A stretch of 64,000 nt of DNA. Origin: Chiloscyllium plagiosum. Lineage: Eukaryota. The stretch covers positions 3,627,514 to 3,691,513 of the forward strand of contig NC_057753.1 of assembly GCF_004010195.1 (NCBI RefSeq), given 5' to 3'. This document shows positions 1-13,473 of this stretch, one piece after another. The notes beneath the pieces are model-generated. The model did not search any database. It saw only the letters and a program-made list of their open reading frames with translations, and was not told where the DNA came from. The translations under genes and the position numbers were made by a program. How positions within the stretch are numbered: position 1 is the stretch's first letter; each line of letters begins with the position of its first letter.

Positions 1-2
1 GT

Positions 3-476
3 ACCTCACAGGCTTGGGCCGCATATGATTTGATTCGTTCCATTCTGGTCCCCTGTCTTCCATTCATTCTGATTTTACTGCTCAATGCTCTGACAGTCAG
101 ACATATTTTAGCGGCCAATCGAGCACGCAGAAGACTTCGTGTCCTGAGCAATGGAGAGGATCGGACTGATCCAGAGTTGGAAAAACGGAAGAAGTCCATT
201 ATCTTACTCTTTGGCATTTCAGGCAGTTTTGTTCTGTTGTATTCAGTATATTTTGCAACAGTGCTCTATGTCCGAATTGCGAAAGTTACTTATTACTCAG
301 TTTCTAACTCTCGCAAGTCATCCTTTATCCTGGAGGAAACCGGGTATATGCTTCAGTTTCTGAGTTCCTGCATAAATCCGTTTATTTATGCGGGGACCCA
401 GAATAAATTCAGAGACGAGTTAAAGAATGGGTTAAGATATCCACAGAGATTGCTTGTACAACTTTTAAAGTGCTGA
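3..476 (+). CDS. GPR139-like: GPR139-like class A GPCR, copy 1, 3' part of coding exon 2 (TM5-TM7 and C-tail); 5' part lies outside the window
   Basis: Open frame from base 3 (TSQAWAAYDLIRSIL...PCLPFILILLLNALTVRHIL...DPELEKRKKSIILLF...GYMLQFLSSCINPFIYAGTQNKFRDEL) to TGA 474-476; aligns colinearly with copies 2-4; NPxxY present. Confidence 0.85.
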   Translation, partial: TSQAWAAYDLIRSILVPCLPFILILLLNALTVRHILAANRARRRLRVLSNGEDRTDPELEKRKKSIILLFGISGSFVLLYSVYFATVLYVRIAKVTYYSVSNSRKSSFILEETGYMLQFLSSCINPFIYAGTQNKFRDELKNGLRYPQRLLVQLLKC

Positions 477-1701
477 TACTGCAGGCACAATGGCTGAAAG
501 CTTCCAATTGTTTATCCTCATTCAGCCACGCAGTCAGGTGCCACCAAATGGTTATTCAGCGCCACCTCTTTCTCCATACAAGGCGGTCTAAATTGGCCAG
601 AAATTCACCTGGTGCTTTACCGAGTGAAAAAAAAAGAGTCTGGTCAACCTCGCCAAGTTCGAATTATGTATAGATTTAGGAACAGCCTTTCTTCTGCCTT
701 CTGCAAAGTCTCATTTGTCAATGTCCCTTTCCGGTTATTTATGCCTTCGAATGGAAATCTGGCTGATTGTGTAGCATAGCAGCGCCAACGCCACTGGTGT
801 TTCGTCAGAGAGTCTGACCTGCTCATTTGCCTGGAGAGGACTTAATTTACCAAGCTTTACAATAGTGAATTCCATATTTAAGTGCTATGATCAGACAAAC
901 TTCAATGGAACTGAACATCGGGATTTGCTGTGGAGTAATAACGCACCAAAATGCTTGATCACCACGTGCTCTACTGGTAATAAAAAAATGATAATTCTGA
1001 TGTAAATGTAATTATGTCCTACTTCCGTGCTGCTCAGTGACACAAGTTGGTAACGGAGTCGAAAAGAATAAGATGTTTAGAGATGTGAAAATTAGCATTC
1101 CATATTAACATACAATCTTGAGATACAATTTCACATGGCTGCTGTTAATTGTCTTCTAAATCTATGATTAGTTTACACAAAGTGATAGTTCAAGCCATCT
1201 ATATTTGCTTTCACATGCAATGTAGATAGCTGGCATTTCAATTTAAATTCAAAATTTATCCAAGATACATCAGAATGAATTCTCAGTTTAGCAGAGTAAA
1301 ATATGCCATTAATCAAAGCTATTGATAAAATCACCACAGTACAATATCGTTCAACAGAGCTTTGAGCAGTCCAGCAGAATGGGAAGATATGGTTCATGTG
1401 TGGGGCCGCGCAATGACATGGATAATGAAAGAAAGTTTAGAAGGGTTTCTCACATTGTTCTGACATTGTTACAGATGATGTAAACAGATTCCATGTGGGA
1501 AGGGGAAGAGGAAGATTTATAAACTGTCGTGCATTCACAAAAGTCGGTTTCACTAACTTGTGGAATGTACATAAATCAGTTCACACAGTCCTCAAGCCCA
1601 CCGAGATAGCAGACTGCCGGTAGGACAAGGCTGTGTTCGGCTTTCCTGCTTTGCATAGAACTTCATTCACACCTTCAACTTGCCAAATCACAGTGTTACA
1701 A

Positions 1702-2047
1702 GGGAAGGCGAGTGCCTCATGCTATTACCACTTGACTGTTAATCCAGAGACCCGGATAATGCTCTGAGCACATTGGTTCGAAATAATGCAAGAAATTCAC
1801 AGCACACATTGTAATTTGACTTCAACATTTTTTTTTCTGGCATTAAGAGTCTATTGACAACGAATCCATTGCAGATTGCTCAATTAAAAACAAAAACTCC
1901 ATCTTGATGACCTTAGAGAAAGAAAACTTAGTCCTTCACTGCTCTTGCACACATGTGGCTATTAACTGCCTTCTGGACAATTTTGGATTAGCAATAAATG
2001 CTGGCCTAGGCAGCGACGTCCTCAGCCCATGCATGATTTGTTTTAAA
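1702..2047 (+). mobile_element. Degraded tRNA-derived SINE (second shark SINE family); inverted paralog at ~28030-28332
   Basis: tRNA-like head (...gactgttaatccagagaccc...ggttcgaa) and 3' gcaataaatgctggcctaggcagcgacg...cccatg; a second head fragment at ~2128-2200. Confidence 0.55.
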
Positions 2048-3149
2048 TCTTGAATATTCCAAGATACAAGACCTCCTCGATAGTAGTGACGTGCACACAT
2101 ATTGATAGCGTGGGGAGGTAATTTCATCAGGAGAGGCGATGGCTTGTTAAGGTGGAGACCTAGATAATGTTCTGGGGACTTGGGTTAGAGGCTGATTACC
2201 GTCGCTGTTCAACTGAATGTACCACATTTGGTGAGACTTTCAGTCCGCCCGGTAAAGGCTGGTTCCTACCAACCTCCCTTTGTGGTTGTAAAGTAGTCCT
2301 TTAGCAATTTCATCGAAAGCCTTATCCTAAAATGGTTTTGCCATAACTCATTCAACTAGATCATTAAAACCCCAAAGTCATCCAGGAATACTGAATGCTT
2401 CCTGCTGATGGTCTTGCTCAGATCCTGAACGCAACTCGAAAAGGAACATCAGTCCTTGGAAAAGTGCCTAAAATAACATTTGATCAAAATTGCTACAAAT
2501 AATTAAGCGTGCACAGATGCAATACTAATTTATTAGCTTCAATTACTTGATTTCCTATTAAAATAGTTACTTGCTTCAGAAAATGCACAGCTTAAACTAA
2601 TTAGATATGTTCAAAAAAGTACGTCTCATGTCCTTTCACAAGTCGAGGATCCCATCACCACAATGGAGCTCTGCATTAATTTCCTTGACAGCAGTCACAA
2701 ACACACTCGAATGTTAAGCCTAATTAAAGTCCAAACTTTTTTTGTTCTTGGAGGTCAGAAATAATTCAAAGTATCTTCGGAAAACAGTCTGTTCTCGCGC
2801 ACATTTTCATTCTTCAACAATTGCTTATTTTATGCCTATTTAATGCCTTAATGATATGGTTTGAAGGTGTCATTTTTGATATCATGCATTACTACAACTT
2901 GGCAAATCGTATATTTGTTGAGAGATGCACAGGGCAGAAAGGCATCTGCGGCCAATCTCGGCAAGCTTTCAGTATTGATCATTAGTCAATCCATATGACA
3001 ACGGCTCAGTGGCAATATGATTCCTTACCATTCTGAGACTGTACATTTACTTTAGTACAATTGCTTACAGTGTGCCAATTCCAGTTGAATACAGATGTGT
3101 GCTGTCGGCTTAGAGCAACATTCTCACATCTACGTTCAGTGCGAGTTTG

Positions 3150-4510
3150 TTCAGGTCTCTGGTTTCATATCCAAATACGGTGAGTCGACATATGTTTCAG
3201 ATGTAAAAGAAGGAAATGTAAGAGGTTGGGGAGTTGCATTAATGGTAAAGGAGCATCTGAAGGCTGCGCTGAGGGAGCATATATCAGAGCACCAGATAAC
3301 GAGGCAATATAGGTAGAACTCAGGAATAGGAAATATGAAATCACGATGCTGAGCCTCCCAACAGTCAGTGAGACACGAAGGAGATACTACATAGATATAT
3401 TTTGGAAAGATGTAAAAACAGCATGATTATTGTAGAGAGTGATATTAACTTCCTCTATCGTAACTAGGACTCACTTTGTGCTCATAGCTAGATTGCGATT
3501 GAATTTGTGAGGACCATTCAGGAGGGTTTCTTGACACAGTATGTCAACAGTACAACCAGGTTAAGGGGTTATGCTCGCCTGGTTTTTGGGAAATAAGCTC
3601 GGCCAGGTGAGTGAAGTTTCAGTGGGGGAGAATTTCTTGCAGTGTGAACATAATACCGTGAGATTTAAGGTACTCATAGGTAGGTAAAACAGCAGTTATC
3701 GGGTGAAAGTGTTAAATTGGGGAAGGTGAACTACAACAACATTAGGCAGGAATTGGAGAATGTTGCTTGACGTCTATTGTTTGAAGGTAAATCCACTTCT
3801 GGCATGTTGGAGTATTCCAAACGCCAGGAGTGGCACATTCTTGAGAGAATGAAAGATTAGTATGGCAAGTTACGTGAACCTTAGATGATGAGGCATGTCA
3901 TGATCTTGGTCAAAAAGGAAAAAGAAGCAGACATAAGGAGCCGGAGGATGGGAACAGATGAAACTGTTGAATTATATCAGAAAAGTGGGAAAGAACTTAC
4001 ATTAAATAATCGGAAGGGCTAAAATGGTCATGAAAAGTCGTTATCAAACAGGATTAAGCAGAATCCCAAATCTACCTGCACATGTATGAAAAGCAACAGG
4101 GTAGTCAGGGAAAGTGTTGGCCCACTTAAGAACAAAGGAGGGAATCTACTTGTGGAGCCAGAAGAGGTAGCTGAGGTCCTAAACGAATACGCTGTCTTGG
4201 TACTCACTAAAGGAAAGCACTTGTTGTAGGATGATCTCAGGGAACGGAGTGTCGAATTTCTAAGCCAAGTCGCTCTTAATAAGAAAAAGGTGTTGTGCAT
4301 CTTTAAAAAGTATTAAACTGGATGGGTGGCCGGGTCTTCATGAGAGCTATCCCAGAATATTGAGGGAGGCAAGACAAGACGTTGCTGGAACATTGATTGA
4401 CATCTTTGGCCACAGATGATGTCCCAGGGGACTGAAGAGCAGTGAATAAAGGCACATGGTTTCATAAGGATAGAAGTAATAATCCAAAAATCTACTGTCC
4501 TGTGAGTCTC
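3150..4510 (+). mobile_element. Degraded CR1 LINE ORF2 fragment (AP-endonuclease and linker)
   Basis: Decayed motifs GGGVALMVKE, VELRNRK, GDxNFP, NPKxxxxYxKSKRVVRExVGPLK; many stops and frameshifts. Confidence 0.8.
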
Positions 4511-4686
4511 TTGTGAATACATTAGCAATACATCTGCGGTTTCCTCACTCCCAAAAATAATTTCACTTCACTGTAAGAAGCCAATTTCTACATCAGTTAT
4601 TCTCTTCCTTTTCATGTGTTTACGTACACCCTAATAGTTTGTTTTTGTTTTAAGATATTCTTCTTCAGATTACTTTCATTGCTACT

Positions 4687-4980
4687 GGGTAGTATAGTGG
4701 CTCAGTGGTTAGCACTGCTGCCTTACATAAGCAGGGTCCCAGGTGCGATTCCAGCCTTGGGCGACTGTCTACGTAGAGTTTGCAACTTTTTCCCCGTGTC
4801 TGTGTGGGTTTCCTCCCACAGTCCAAAGATGTGCAGGTCTGGTGAATTGGCTATGCGAAATTGTCAATAGTGTTGGATGCATTAGTCAGAGGGAAATGGG
4901 TCTGGGTCGGTTACTCTCCCGAGGGTCGGTGTGGACTTGTTGGGCCTGTTTCCACACTGTAGGGAAATATAATCAAATCA
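4687..4980 (+). mobile_element. HE1/V-SINE, diverged copy
   Basis: gtggctcagtggttagcactgctgcct head, V-domain gtagagtttgca...ccccgtgtctgtgtgggtttcctcccacagtccaaagatgtgcagg, tail gggcctgtttccacactgta. Confidence 0.85.
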
Positions 4981-5455
4981 GTTTTACAATGGTGTTGAAT
5001 TCTTCATGACCCTTTATTAGATTGTAAATTGCACACGATCCCGAACAAATGCATTCATCTGTGACGTTGTTTCCAAAGTGTGAATTCGGAGTAGAAGGGG
5101 AAATATCTACTTGCAGCAAAGTTCCAAGTAAACATTGAGTTCTCGAGAATAACAGGGAAAGGGGAGAGCAGAAATGCTGCATATCGAGTGGCCAACTGGC
5201 ATTGTGCCAAGCAGCAGAGTAATGCCACAAATCACAGTGCGATAGGAGTTCAGGTAAAATCAACTGGTTTGAGAGTGATCTCAGTGAATTAGCAATGATT
5301 CTGAGATTCTATGGCAATGGAAAGGTAATTGGGGAAATGACAAGAATCGATTACAGTTTTCATGCTAGAACTTGGGAGCCCTAATTGGTTTTTGGCAACT
5401 CTGCTGATGCACAAACATGTTCCCAGTGAAGAACAACATTTGTGATTTCCGTGTA

Positions 5456-6184
5456 CAGAGGCACCTCGATTATCCGAATACCAATTATGCCAAAAATCAG
5501 ATTATCCATAGATCTCCAGGTCCTGATAGAAACATTAAATCAAAGACGTGTTTCCAACAGTGATCGCGTCTTTTGTTGACCGTGATTAAACAGGCACCAT
5601 CTCCAAATGACTGACCTCCCACTCTTTCTCTCTCCCCACACCTTCTCTGGAGTTCTACAGAGGGGAGTACCATAACCCCCCGTCCCCAGATTATCTCTCC
5701 ACCATTGTCCTGCACAGGGCAAACGTGGAACGTGTCTAAACGTTACAGTAAAACGTTGCTGTGGTTTTGTGCATGTGTGTGCGCGCGCACGCATGTGTGC
5801 GCTATTTGAAAACTTACCTCCCAAAGGCAGTTGCAGCAGCACTCTTGTACTTGATGTAGAGTCCGACTGCCCCGGAGACGGGTTGGGGACAGACGAGGGG
5901 CGGTGTTAGACGGGGTTGGGGGCAGGTTGGAGCGAGGGCCTGTGTTGGACAGGGTTGGGGGCGGGGCAGGCGGGGGTGGTTTTGGACGGGGTTATGGGTG
6001 GGGGCGTGGACGGGGTTCTGGAGGCGGGCTGAGGGCGATGTTCGGGGTGGGGTCTCCTGAGTGGAGAGCAGACATTAAAAGCTCCGTGCTCCAGAGGTAA
6101 AGCATTTAATTGATTAACCGAATAATCGATTATCCGAACGAAATAGTTCCTGCCCATCTCGTTCAGATAATCAAGGTTCCCCTA
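5456..6184. mobile_element. Non-autonomous Tc1/mariner-pogo (Tigger-like) DNA transposon (MITE), ~730 bp
   Basis: TIR cagaggcacctcgattatccgaa (5456-5478) vs ttcagataatcaaggttccccta (6162-6184), 18/23 complementary; TA at 5454-55 and 6185-86; subterminal gattatcc(g)a repeats; no transposase ORF. Confidence 0.75.
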
Positions 6185-7019
6185 TATGTGAACACACTCA
6201 CTTCCTCCTCTAAAAGTGAGAACGTGTGTTAAAGTCACAATGGGAGAAGACTATTTTAGTGCACATGTTTGGGGATTATTTTATTGCCCATCAAGATTAA
6301 AACCAACTTTTTCATTCTAGTCAGAAACCTTCCAATGGTTTTGACTTGGAGAATGGTTGAAATGTATGAAACTCTGGTGAAGAACCAAGTCAATCACTTG
6401 GATGAAAGGCTGTTTGCCTTCCCTGTCTTGAGAAGGGAGCTCATACTTTCTGTAGACGTCCGAGAGACAAGGAGTAGAGGGAACTTTGCAAATTATTTCA
6501 AATACCAATTGAAAACGTGGATTTATTTCTGCTTAGTCTGCATTTACTAACCACATCCAGTAATAAACTCTGTTAATTCTGACCATTCATTATGGGAGGA
6601 TGATCAATATTCAAGACAGGTATAGAGTCAATCTGCTTTATTTTATTCAGGAGTTTCACACTGGATACCTCTTTTTTCCCAGGGAGGCTTCTATAACTTT
6701 AATCTGTTACCCGTCTTTATACATTTGTGCTGCAGAACATCAAAGAAGTACTGATATTCTACATTAAACTGGTGAATAGAGTTGACGATACTAAGTGGAA
6801 GCCAGAGAATTTAACTTCAGCAGAGTCTGCAGCCTTCTGTGGTATTGCTGTTGCTTTCATTACACAAGCGATGGTACTATCAAGACCATTGTATTCACAC
6901 CTTGAAGTCTTGTATTATCTTGGGTTGATGGTTATTGAGCAATGATTTGATGCAAATTATTAAACATGTTGCAATCTAAAGATAACAGTAGTCATGTTCG
7001 AACTGAGAACTTTATTTTC

Positions 7020-8070
7020 GTCAGCAAGTCATACAGATATACAGCACGGAAACAGAACCTTTGGTCCATACAGACCACGCCAACTATCATCCCGAACAAA
7101 ACGAGTCCTATCCGCCTGCACTTTGTAATAGTCCCTCATAACCAGTCCTAATCAATTACTTAACTAAATGCCTTTTAAAAATTGCAATTGTATCCGTATC
7201 CACCACTTTCTATCCAAACATGGACCATGCTCTGTTTTTTTTTAAAAATGCCCCTCTGCTCTCACGTCTCTTTAATTTTTTTCTCTGTTTCATCATAAAA
7301 ATATGTCCCCAGTCATGGAAATCTGCTGCGCAGGGAACAGACGCCTACCATTCACCTTATGTATAAGCCTCATGATTTTGCAAAATTTATGAAGTCCACT
7401 CTCAACCAGTGCAAAACAGTCCCAGTCTATCCAGCCTCTATTTACAACTGAAGCCCTCCATTCCCCGAAGCGTCCTAGTAAATATCTTCCGAACATACTC
7501 CAGCTTAACAATATCCTTCCTATAATAGGGAGACCAGACTAGACCCAGTTCTTCAGAAGAGGTCTCACTAATGTCTTGAACAATCTCAACATCGCGTCAC
7601 AAAGCCAAATTCAAAAATATGAACAATGAATGCAAATGGGATAAATGCCTTCTTGGCCACCCTACCTATTGTGACTCAAACTTCAAAAACATTACGCATC
7701 TGAATACCTAGGTCTCTCTGTTCTGCAACACCACTCAAGTCCTACTTGTAATTGCATATGTTCTGCACTTGTTTCTTTTATTACAATTTATCCTCAATTT
7801 ATCCAATGTAAACTCCATTTGCAATTCTCCAGATCATTGGCCCGATTGATCACGATTGTTTAATAATCTTAAATTACCTTCAACGCTGTCCAAAGTATCA
7901 CCAAATCTGATGCCACTGCAGACTTACTAACTATGCCTTCTATATTCTCATCTAAATCATTTATATAAATGAAAAACAAAGGTGGACCTAGTACTGATTC
8001 CAATGTAACATTGCTGGCCACAGGACTCCAGTTTAAAAAAAAAATCCTCGACCATCGTTCCCTCTGTTGG
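7020..8070 (-). mobile_element. Degraded CR1 LINE 3' part (RT C-terminus and 3' UTR)
   Basis: Minus-strand SVLGPPLFFIYINDLDENIEGIVSK (CR1 RT motif), decayed downstream CR1 C-terminus, 3' UTR ending near 7030. Confidence 0.8.
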
Positions 8071-9499
8071 GGCATCCCCTGGTCAGAGATGCCACAGTAT
8101 CCCATTGGCCATACATACGGTTGCAATAACAGAATAAGCTTGCCTGTTACAGCATGAAACTGAGTCCATATGTTAGCACTGTGGTAGCTTTGAACGGGCT
8201 AATCCCAAGGTAACAGAGTCTATTTTGATCAAAGAGGTTTGCAAATTAATGTACAGGGAGGTCCATAAAAATAACAGCTGTGGATCAGTACAGGAGACAG
8301 TTGGGAAACGGAAGTGTGAGAACAGACAGCCTGACGTTACTAGCAGGTATGAAAGTAAAAGTAGAATACCACAATAACGAGAGACAAATGATGAGGGTGG
8401 AATTATGGATCGTAACAATCAACGAGATCAGACAAGTTCATTGAGCCGTGAATGTGAGTGAGTTCTAGCCTTATCAATGGAAAATATGATACCTTGTTAG
8501 GAAGAAAATGTAACTCAGGGTAAGGACAGTAAAATTCATCTCCGAAGACAGCATGTGACGAGAATGATTTATAATGCAGCTGCAAGATAGAGGGGCAGTG
8601 ACTAACTGCTCAGGTGGGCAGACGCTGCTCAGAAATCATTAGCTAAAGCCTTCTAACAATAGGTGTAAACATAAAACTCCACATTGAACTAACTTTATAT
8701 TCTAACTAATATGATAAATGTTTAAACAATGAATAAGCACTGACTTCCTTTGTATCTCCTGTGACTAGGACAATAAAGAATAGAACCTGATGGTGATAGC
8801 GATGAACAAAATGAATAATAGAATTTGAGCAGCCCATAGACATAAGCAGGTCTGGGAAATGTCTGGAAAAGTGAATATCCGTTAACTTTGAAACATGAAT
8901 TAATGAGATGCTTTGTTAGATCCCACTGCCTAATGATTAATATGTCTGGCAAAGCTCATGGGTCTGTCCTCAGTGGTATCCATTCTTGATCAGGTGTTTC
9001 ACAGGATTAGATGCCTACATTAAGAGGGAAAGTACAATGACAATGCTGCATGTACTTACTGTAATGCAAAAACTGTATCCCACTGGGGAGGCCAGAGCGT
9101 CATTGATTTCCGATCTGAGCTGGAATTAAGACGTTGACAGGCCAGATTCGGACTGTTCTCTGGCTTCTCCAATATGCGTGGTAAAGAGCTGGAATACAGA
9201 TCGATTACCCATCTGAACAAGGAATTCGAGGCAGTTCTTTGACATCTGTCGTCAATGCTCTGTCTCCTGACATTAAACAAGTTTTGAATAAAATTCACAT
9301 AAGCAACCCGAATCCCTACCTGCCATGCGGGATCTTGTCAAATGCCAAACCTGAAAGAGTACATCTGTAGTGCCTCCCACCTGTTGTCCTCGTTTAACTA
9401 AATAAAAGACTCTATATGGAGGGCTGGAAAGGTAAGGGTTTGTTTTATTACTTCTGACAATTTAGAGAGGATGTGATGGAATCTAGGATAGTTGCATGC

Positions 9500-10170
9500 T
9501 TGTCTCACCACTAGTGTCCCTGCTGACTTCACCTGCGAAATGTGCACACAACTCCAGCTCCTCACAGACGGCGTTCGGAAACTGCAGCTGGAGCTGGATG
9601 AACATAGGATCATTTGGAAGGCTGAGAGGGTGACACAGGAGTTATTTGGACGTAGTCAAACCTAATTTACAGCATAAAATATCTGTTTGCCCGTCAGGAC
9701 AGCGAAAAGGAATAAGTAGTCAGTGCAGTGATCCCCTGGACCTGCTCACTGCAATAATAAATATCGCGTTTTGGATACCTATGGGGGGAGGGGATGACCT
9801 ACCGGGGAAAACACAGCGGCCAGGTCTCTGGCAGTGAGCCGAATTCTGTGGCTCAGAAAGGAAGGGGGAGAATATTAGAGCGATATTGAGAGGAGTTTCA
9901 ATGGCTAGAAAAACAGACAGGAGATTCAGTTGTCGCGAATGAAATCCAGATGGGATGTTGCCTCCCGGGTGCCAGGGTCAGGACTGTCTCTGATTGAGTC
10001 AACAGGATTCTTAAGAGGCAGTATGAGCAAGCAGAAGTCATGGTACATATCGGTACCAAACACATAGCTAGGAAACGGGATGAGGACCTGCAAGGCGAAT
10101 ATAGGGAGTTACACAGGAAACTAAAGGCAGGATGAGCAGAGTAGTAATTTGAGGATTTTTACTGGTGATA
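9500..10170 (+). mobile_element. CR1 LINE ORF1 (esterase-like) fragment
   Basis: C..C.QLQLLTDGVRKLQLELDE and CCLPGARV..V...V..ILK......V.VHIGT..I motifs typical of CR1 ORF1. Confidence 0.75.
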
Positions 10171-10179
10171 GGGAAGCTT

Positions 10180-13027
10180 ACAAATTAAGGATACAACTTC
10201 AGTTCTGGCTTATTATGAGAAGCAGCTGGGTCAGTTAGTACTGATTGTAGTTTAAAACTGGATGCAGCGAAATTGAATGAGAGAGACTCAAACTAATTGG
10301 CTCAGCATTTTTCAGTTAGAAAACGGCTGCCAGAGTGAAGTACTAATTTAATGCCCAGAAGATGCTCAGGAAGGTCTAAGCCCTATCAAACGAAATAAGG
10401 TCACCTTTCATGTTGACCAGGAATAAATTCTACAAATCTGTGAGGCCTGCTCAGTGCCACTTGCCTAAAATGCAAAGTAGACACAGAAATCAGGAGGCTG
10501 GAAAGTGAAGGAATCAGAAAACCAGGGCAGCTTGCAAAATGGGCATCATTGGTTGTAAAAATTCTGATGCCCGATGGATTGGTTCACATTTGTAAGGATT
10601 TTAATCAAATGGTAAGCCACTTTTCGCATATGAGTAGATATCCAACCCTTTGCATAGCAGAATTATCTGCAAAAATGGTGATGGAGAGCCCTTAACGTAG
10701 CTGGACATGATCAATGCATACTGAGGATTCCCAGAAATATGCTGCAATTAATACCCATTAAGCATTGTACCATTATACGGGACAGTTTTGTTGGGTGTCA
10801 TCAGCCTGTCTGTCATTTACAATGGACGATGGGAACATTTTAAAGGTCTCCCTCCGGTCGCCACTTATGTGTGCTTATAACGGAGAAGATCCTTTGGATA
10901 ACCAGGACATAGTACATAAACGTTTCTCCAAATAAGGTGAAGCCATAGGAGGTTAAACAAAAGTGTGTTCCAGGCACCCATTGTCATCTATTGTCAACAG
11001 TACCAGGACACAACATGTTGGAAGATAAAGCGAGGTCAATTACATGTACTCTGGCTCCCACGTCTCTAAAAGATTAGATCTTTCCTTGAATTGGTGAATT
11101 ATTACACAAAATTCAGAAATAACCCCGTCTTCATCCTGGAAAACATGCGTTTAGAATTGAAAAATATCAGTTGTGAAAATGCTCTCTTAACGAAGATGTA
11201 ACCTTCAGGGAAGTGAAGAAGCACTACCGTTGGCACTGTACATCCAAAGTGAGGTGAAGTACTGACATGCGATTCCGCGACCCACCCCCCACCCCCACCC
11301 CAAAACCCGTACAATATCTGGGGTGTTAGTTCACCAGTGGCCGGAGGAAGAGAAAGTCAGATTGTATATGCTTCCCAGACTTTGGCGGAGACCAAATAAA
11401 ATACACCCAGGTAGTGGACGAAGTATGAGAAATTTCCACCAATAACTTTAGGCATATCGATTTGCAATAGTTACATACCACAAGCCCCTCCTCGGGCTGC
11501 ATACAATGGGCAGGGCATGGCTACCCATAATGACAGGTCGATATCTGCGGTGGGCTCTTGTTTTGAGGGCGCACAATTACAAGTTAGAAAACCATCCGGG
11601 AGGCCATGTGGCAAATGCGGATTAATTGCGTCATTTCACACTGGCGGATACACAAACAGTGCTGGTAATGAAATGAGAAAAGTCTGTTGTGGTTTTAATT
11701 TTTCGGGACAACCTATTGGTCATCACTGATAATATCAGTCTAAACCTAAATTGATCTCGCCATTGCAATATTGAAACAGCTGTTGGTTATGAGCGAAATG
11801 AAAAGGACATCACAATCAGAATTAAAACCTTTCTGGACCGGGGAACACCAGATCATCATTGAGATTGTTACATCGTTATGGGGAACAAGAGTAATTGGCT
11901 CGAGTAAAGATCACAACCAGACACTGAGTCATCCCGGGGTTTCGAAAATGAAGATGCTGGCGGGAAGTTCCGTCTGGTAGCTAGGATTGGATGCAGAATA
12001 TCGACGTTTTTGCACCAAAGCCCAGAGTGCCAACAAGGACAAAAATTAAAACCCTAAGGTCCCACAAATCTCTGGGAATGCCGGTACACAGTGGACTCGG
12101 TTACATGTCGAGTATGCAGGTCCGCTCATGGATTCTATGTTTAAGTCATTTTATTTGTCCTTTCAAAGTGCATATAATTTATTCGTCAAATATGGGGATG
12201 ACATTTGAAACTCTGCGAGCATCTTGTGCAATAATCGGACACACAGACACAGACAGGGGTCATCATTTACTAGCAGGGATTCCTAGTATTTCCTCTGATT
12301 GAATGACAGTTCCATACCATCCATTTTACAATGGTCTGGTGGAGATTGCAGTCCGATCTTTGAAGGGATGCTGAACGAAAATGTCAGCAGCATCATTTAG
12401 TATCAAACAGTCCCAGGAGTGGCAAGACAGGCAGTTCTCAACATGCATGCGGACCACATGAAAAGTGCAACCTCGCAAATCTGGAAAAAAAGCAAAACAT
12501 ACCCGACCTCTCAGAACATGCAGCAAGGCTGTCACAGTCCACGGGTTTTCCTCCTCTGCACAGCGCTAAAGAAACGTCCGAGGGAGAAATAGATAGGGCA
12601 GATGTTACAGAATCAAAACTGTTACCACCTGAAGGAGATGAATCTCATCTGAGACGTTTAGGCGTAAGTATAAGGCTCAAGTCTAGTTCCCATCACCAGT
12701 AGCTGATGCAGAGTGGGGAAGCTGGAAAATGCGCCAGGAGGAACTGAGGCTGCAGAAAACAGCATGGGCCTCCGTCTCAGGATTTGGAGAGGTAATGCAT
12801 GTGGAGATTGGAATGAGGCAGCCAGTTCGTAGAACATAAATTGCCTGATTGGGGTTGTTAACCTAGTCCAATAAGGGAGTCCTGGCTCACAAAATAAACA
12901 GCAGTGTCTGGGCTTCTGTTCAATCTCGGAGCCACCTCTAAGCTAGCTAGATCATTGCCATTTAGTATGCACATGTAAATAAACGGCAACTTAGTGATGC
13001 GATAGCAGTCTTCGTGGAGTAATTTCG
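10180..13027 (+). mobile_element. Decayed Gypsy (Mag/K02A2.6-like) LTR retrotransposon: RT-RNaseH-integrase remnants plus 3' LTR (~12800-13027)
   Basis: Remnants of KLD...AY, INTH..LY.Y....GVSSA, TDHKPL, HPGVSKMKMLA...VW; LTR begins TGTGG after a purine tract, has AATAAA at ~12978 and ends ...gtggagtaatttcg. Confidence 0.75.
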
Positions 13028-13473
13028 GCCTTCACGCTGTCCATATCCATTATTCCCTGTCTATTCATGCATCTGCTAAGATTCACCTAAAAACGTCACA
13101 AACGTTCATCAGTACATTTCGTAATATTAGTGTTGAACTGACCTTTGTAATTTGAAATCAAACGTTCTAAGCATAATCATCTCAATGCAAAATATCTGTG
13201 CAATACAAGACCTGCGTATGACGAAAATAATTGCTTTATGATAGATGTGACAACACTGAATGCAACTTTGCCGCATATCTCATTTCACGTTAATATGTTG
13301 AGCAGAGGTGTGCATGTCACGTCATAATGCAGATTTACTCAACTGGCGATGTCCTAAATAGATATCACTGTGCTGATTTATTAGACTTCACATCGATTTT
13401 AACGTTGATGGACTGGAACAATCCGTACTGAATTTAAACATGATGAAGCACATCTCAGCATATGGATTACAGA

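Noticed and set aside
5903..6157. Gly-rich and Pro-rich ORFs
   Set aside because: Translation artefacts of the G-tract array within a MITE
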